Shown: positions 59,631-64,000 of the stretch, piece after piece | How the letters are laid out: each line of letters begins with the position of its first letter | Position numbering within the stretch: the first letter of the stretch is position 1 | Origin: the human T2T-CHM13v2.0 reference genome, Homo sapiens | Direction: 5' to 3' (one strand) | Assembly: GCF_009914755.1 (NCBI RefSeq) | Contig: NC_060931.1 | DNA length: 64,000 bases | The notes under the pieces: generated by a model | Databases searched by the model: none | What the model saw: the letters and a program-made list of their open reading frames with translations, nothing else | Told to the model about the DNA's origin: nothing | Made by a program: the position numbers and the translations under genes

Positions 59631-61831
59631 CTAAAAGCACAAAGTCATCAACACATGTTTAGATAATAATACTCTCGTCTATATTGGATTAATGTCTTTT
59701 ATTATAAGCTCTCCAAGTCCTAAAATAGCAAGCCTCAGAATACTCCTTGAAATTAAAAAAAAAAAAACAAACTTGTGATCACTGAGAATCAAACACTAAC
59801 TTCAAAGAAAGCAGTTTTGCAAAAACTTAAAATATTATGCTTGTTTCTAGTAGAAAAAAAGAAACACATATATACTAACATATAAATTACATTTATGCAT
59901 CCCTAATAACTTTAAAAGTGCTTTTACACTCTATCTTTACAAAAACCTTGTGAAGAAAGTAGAAATTATCCCTGTTTTGCAAATGAGAAAAGGGAGGCAC
60001 TGAGAAGTTGATTAAACTGCCCACATTAGTGAACTGCAGAAAAAGAACTCCCATCTACATATGCAGGCTAATTTCAACACTGGCTCTCTAAGAAGTGTAC
60101 TTACTTCCTAGAACTTTTATACAAACTTCCTGAACTTTGCGGGGTGGGGGCGGCGGTTAGAAAATGATTATATAATTTTCTTAAAATGTCATGGCATATG
60201 TCTAAGAAACAGCTACTGCCGTCTCCTGAGAATCATCTGACAAGAGCATCTCTTCATCATCTCATTTCAGAAGGAGCCCATTTTCTGTCAAGACACTGCA
60301 TGATAGATTCCAAAAGTCTTAACTAAAACAAATGCCAAAATACTACTATCTGTTCCAAAAGCATTTGCTAGTCTCCTAAATATAAAAGGGGGGGTGGTGG
60401 GAAAAAAACCACCACTCAGAACCATCTGCTGGAAATAAAGTTGAAACGCGGTAAGTAAATCGAGAAGACTCATCAGCGCTTCCTTTCTTATTAGGACTAC
60501 TCTAATTAACAGTAACGTCTGGACAACCAAGCCGTCATTCTGTAATAATGCTTATTATTATTATTTCAACACTGCTAACACTAGCAGTGTTGAAACTAAC
60601 TTTATTTATTCAATTTTAAAAATTATTTCAATATGCTTAATATTAAATTTTTGATCCGGTAATATTTCTAAATTCTAATAAATTAATTTTACAATTTTTA
60701 AGTATGGTTTACCATATGCTAATTTTACTATTTTTGAACACACGGTGAATGGATAAGGTCTGGGGAAACCAAAAAAAAAACAAGTCAGCTCCCCTCAAAT
60801 CACACATTGCTGCTCAACTTCCACAGGACCTGAGGTCTTCGTGCCACAGGAGCCAGGGCAATGCCAAGTCCTGAGACTCCTCAGGCCTACAAGGAGCTTC
60901 TGGAGGCAAGACCCAGGTGAAGTCCTCTCCAGCTCCACAACTCAAGAGCTGGAAACAGAGTACAAGGCCAAGTGGACCTACCACAACTCCACTCCGGGGT
61001 TCCACCTACAAGGTAGAATTCAGAGCCAACCAAGAGCCAACCCAGGATGGAGGCAATAGAGAGCCTGACCTTTAGAATTCCAGATCCTTCCCAATTTTAA
61101 CATATTTCTGGAATTATATTCCAGAAAATAAATATAAATAAGTGAATTACTAACCCAAGGCTAAAGATGCCTATGGAATCCAACAAGCAGACCAGAAATC
61201 ACTAAAATCATCAAATCTGTGTCTTTAACAAGCTACCTCAGCTACTTCCCACAAAAATGATGCACCTTATGCTTAAATAAATCCACCTTCCCACACTGTT
61301 AGACTATGAGTTCCACACGCTGCCCAGAACAGGGTCCTTTCTCATGGTTATATCTACACCCCCGGCACAGTGACTGGCACATGGCAAATACTCCAGAAAT
61401 AACTGCTGAATGTATTCTCACCAGTTGTAAAAAAGGTAATCATTGTCAAACTGCTAGCGGAAGGACCAATATTTGCAAGAGGGATGCTGAAAGTCAGAAA
61501 AAGAATCTGATGGAACCAGAAAAAAAAATCACAGACATCATCTCCTACAATCTCCTATTTAAGAGGAGCAGTGGCCTATGTGTAATGGGTTTCAGAAAAA
61601 AAAAAAACACTGAAACGAATATGGTAAAAATTAACATTTATTAAAATTAGGTGCTAAGTTTCATTCAGGCTATTATATCATTTTCGTATTTTGAGTATAC
61701 TATACTGGTTAAGATCATGCACTTTGGCACCACACTGAGTTCAAATCCCAGCCCCACTATTTGACAAATGTGTATCTTTGGGCAAGTTACTTTACCTATC
61801 TGTATGTCAGTTACTGTAAAATGGGGATAAT

Positions 61832-61955
61832 AGACTGAGGCAAGAGGACCCGTTAAGCCCAGGAGTTCGAGGTTGCAGTGAACTATGACTGCACCACTGC
61901 CCTGTAGCCCGGGTGACAGAGCGAGACCCTGTCTCGAAAAAAAAAAAAAAAAAAT
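61832..61955 (+). mobile_element. Truncated Alu arm inserted in a MIR
   Basis: Right-arm 3' part + A tail, following a MIR core (ctgtaaaatggggataat). Confidence 0.75.
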
Positions 61956-62416
61956 CTGAAAAGTTTAAAAAAACAAACAAAAAGCAATTTGTTCTGTATC
62001 CCAAGTGATAGCATTCATTCTTCCCACTGTGCACCATGGACAGTTTAATTTGTATAGTGGTGAGAATGAAATGTATGAAACAAATGGTAAATCTAGTAGA
62101 TACCTGATAGGCCTTCAACAACTATGCCTCATTTCCATCCCAAAGTTTTGTACCCTGAAATCATAACTATGGCCCACAGCAGGAAAAGGTCAGACTACAA
62201 AAACAGACTTGAGCACTGTTAGGCTCACAGCTCTAAAATTCAACTAAACACTGATGATATGACTCAGCGACAGCTGCTGGAATGTTCAGATTCTTAAGTC
62301 ACAACATTCTTATAGACAGTATAGTCTTGGAAGGAGGTCTCTGTCAAAGTCACACGGGTACCTTAAGTATCAATGACATTAAGCCAACAATGATTTTCGT
62401 GACCGAGGCAAACTAA

Positions 62417-62727
<311 letters not shown>

Positions 62728-63768
62728 CTAATATTCTTATGTGTTAACAACTTACTATGAGATCATTACCCTCCTAGCAGAACTGATGTTATTTTTAAAA
62801 ACACTGGCAAAAGCACAAATTCTTCAGATCACTTTATTCTAATATAATATCTTTCCATTTTCCTGGGCTATTCCTTATATATTAATAGTATCAAATACAC
62901 TTGAAGTTTTGTTACTTTGAATAATCATAATGTAACAAACATCAAACCAAATTTGAGACATTCAAATTTAAAATTTTAATAAAATCTGCACCAACATAGG
63001 CTCATCCATCACTAACTTCAATGACAATCTATTAAATATAACTCAGTAGATGTCATCTAAAAAGTACGCATCCTCAAATTCTTTCCCAGGAGGAGAACTC
63101 AATGCTAGACTGGCCTGCCCCATTAGAGATGTTAACATCACAGCTCAATGCCATGAAGAGCAGGACCAAAAAAACAAAAGCAAAACATAATTCTTAAATA
63201 TGGCAAGTGCTCAAGACACCATTTACCAAAAAAAGAAACGTTCCCTATTTCAACCAGTTTACTAGCTAGTAACAATGTAGCAGGCACTGTACTAGTCACT
63301 GAGCCGTACTCAGACTGAGGATAGGGGAGGCGGGTGGACATGGCCCAGGTCCTCAAAGTGTTCCTCAAAATGTTTACCTATTAGTTACAGGACTTCAGAT
63401 TGAGCTTTCCAGTTGTAGCATGGCTTACTTTACCTGGAAGGCAAGTTTAAGATCTGGGTAGGCATCAAGGAAGAATAAGCCACATGTGGCTGACCAGATC
63501 ACCTGGGAAACTCCGGAAACAGATTCCCAGGGGCCGTGCGCGATTCACTAAATGGGAATCTCCAGAGAAGGCTGGGCATCTGTGTTCTTAACACCCCTCG
63601 CTCACCCGCATGGTTCTGGCGGTCAACCAGCTTAGAACTCACTGACCTCAACTACGCCACATGAAGTCACCTTTAGCATTTTTATATAATGCAAGCTTCC
63701 TCACTGTCACATTATACCACAACCTTCTTCCACCCACCACATTTAGCACGATATATCTATAATACTGA

Positions 63769-64000
<232 letters not shown>

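Overview
Primate (very likely human, 7q36.1-type) genomic DNA. The left half (~1-36 kb) is GC-rich and gene-dense. It holds the last four coding exons and 3' UTR of ZNF862, a KRAB + TTF-zinc-finger + domesticated hAT transposase gene on the + strand, with a 33-bp G-rich VNTR in its KRAB A/B intron. It also holds the complete V-ATPase subunit gene ATP6V0E2 (+) with a CpG-island promoter. Between them on the - strand, in the interval of the divergent lncRNA ATP6V0E2-AS1, I read the fossil of a KRAB-C2H2 zinc-finger gene. It consists of a KRAB-A exon with two TAG stops and a frameshift, a KRAB-B exon with intact splice sites, and a terminal exon with decayed C2H2 fingers. Its KRAB resembles the neighbouring ZNF862 KRAB. 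The right half (~36-64 kb) is AT-rich and packed with Alu and L1. It carries three intact ACTR3B/ARP3-type exons (homologues of exons 2, 3 and 4) on the - strand, with no exon-5 homologue downstream, i.e. a truncated segmental duplicate. A candidate in-frame novel terminal exon for it converges on the ATP6V0E2 3' end. Gene names and repeat families come from recognition, not database searches, and repeat boundaries are approximate.
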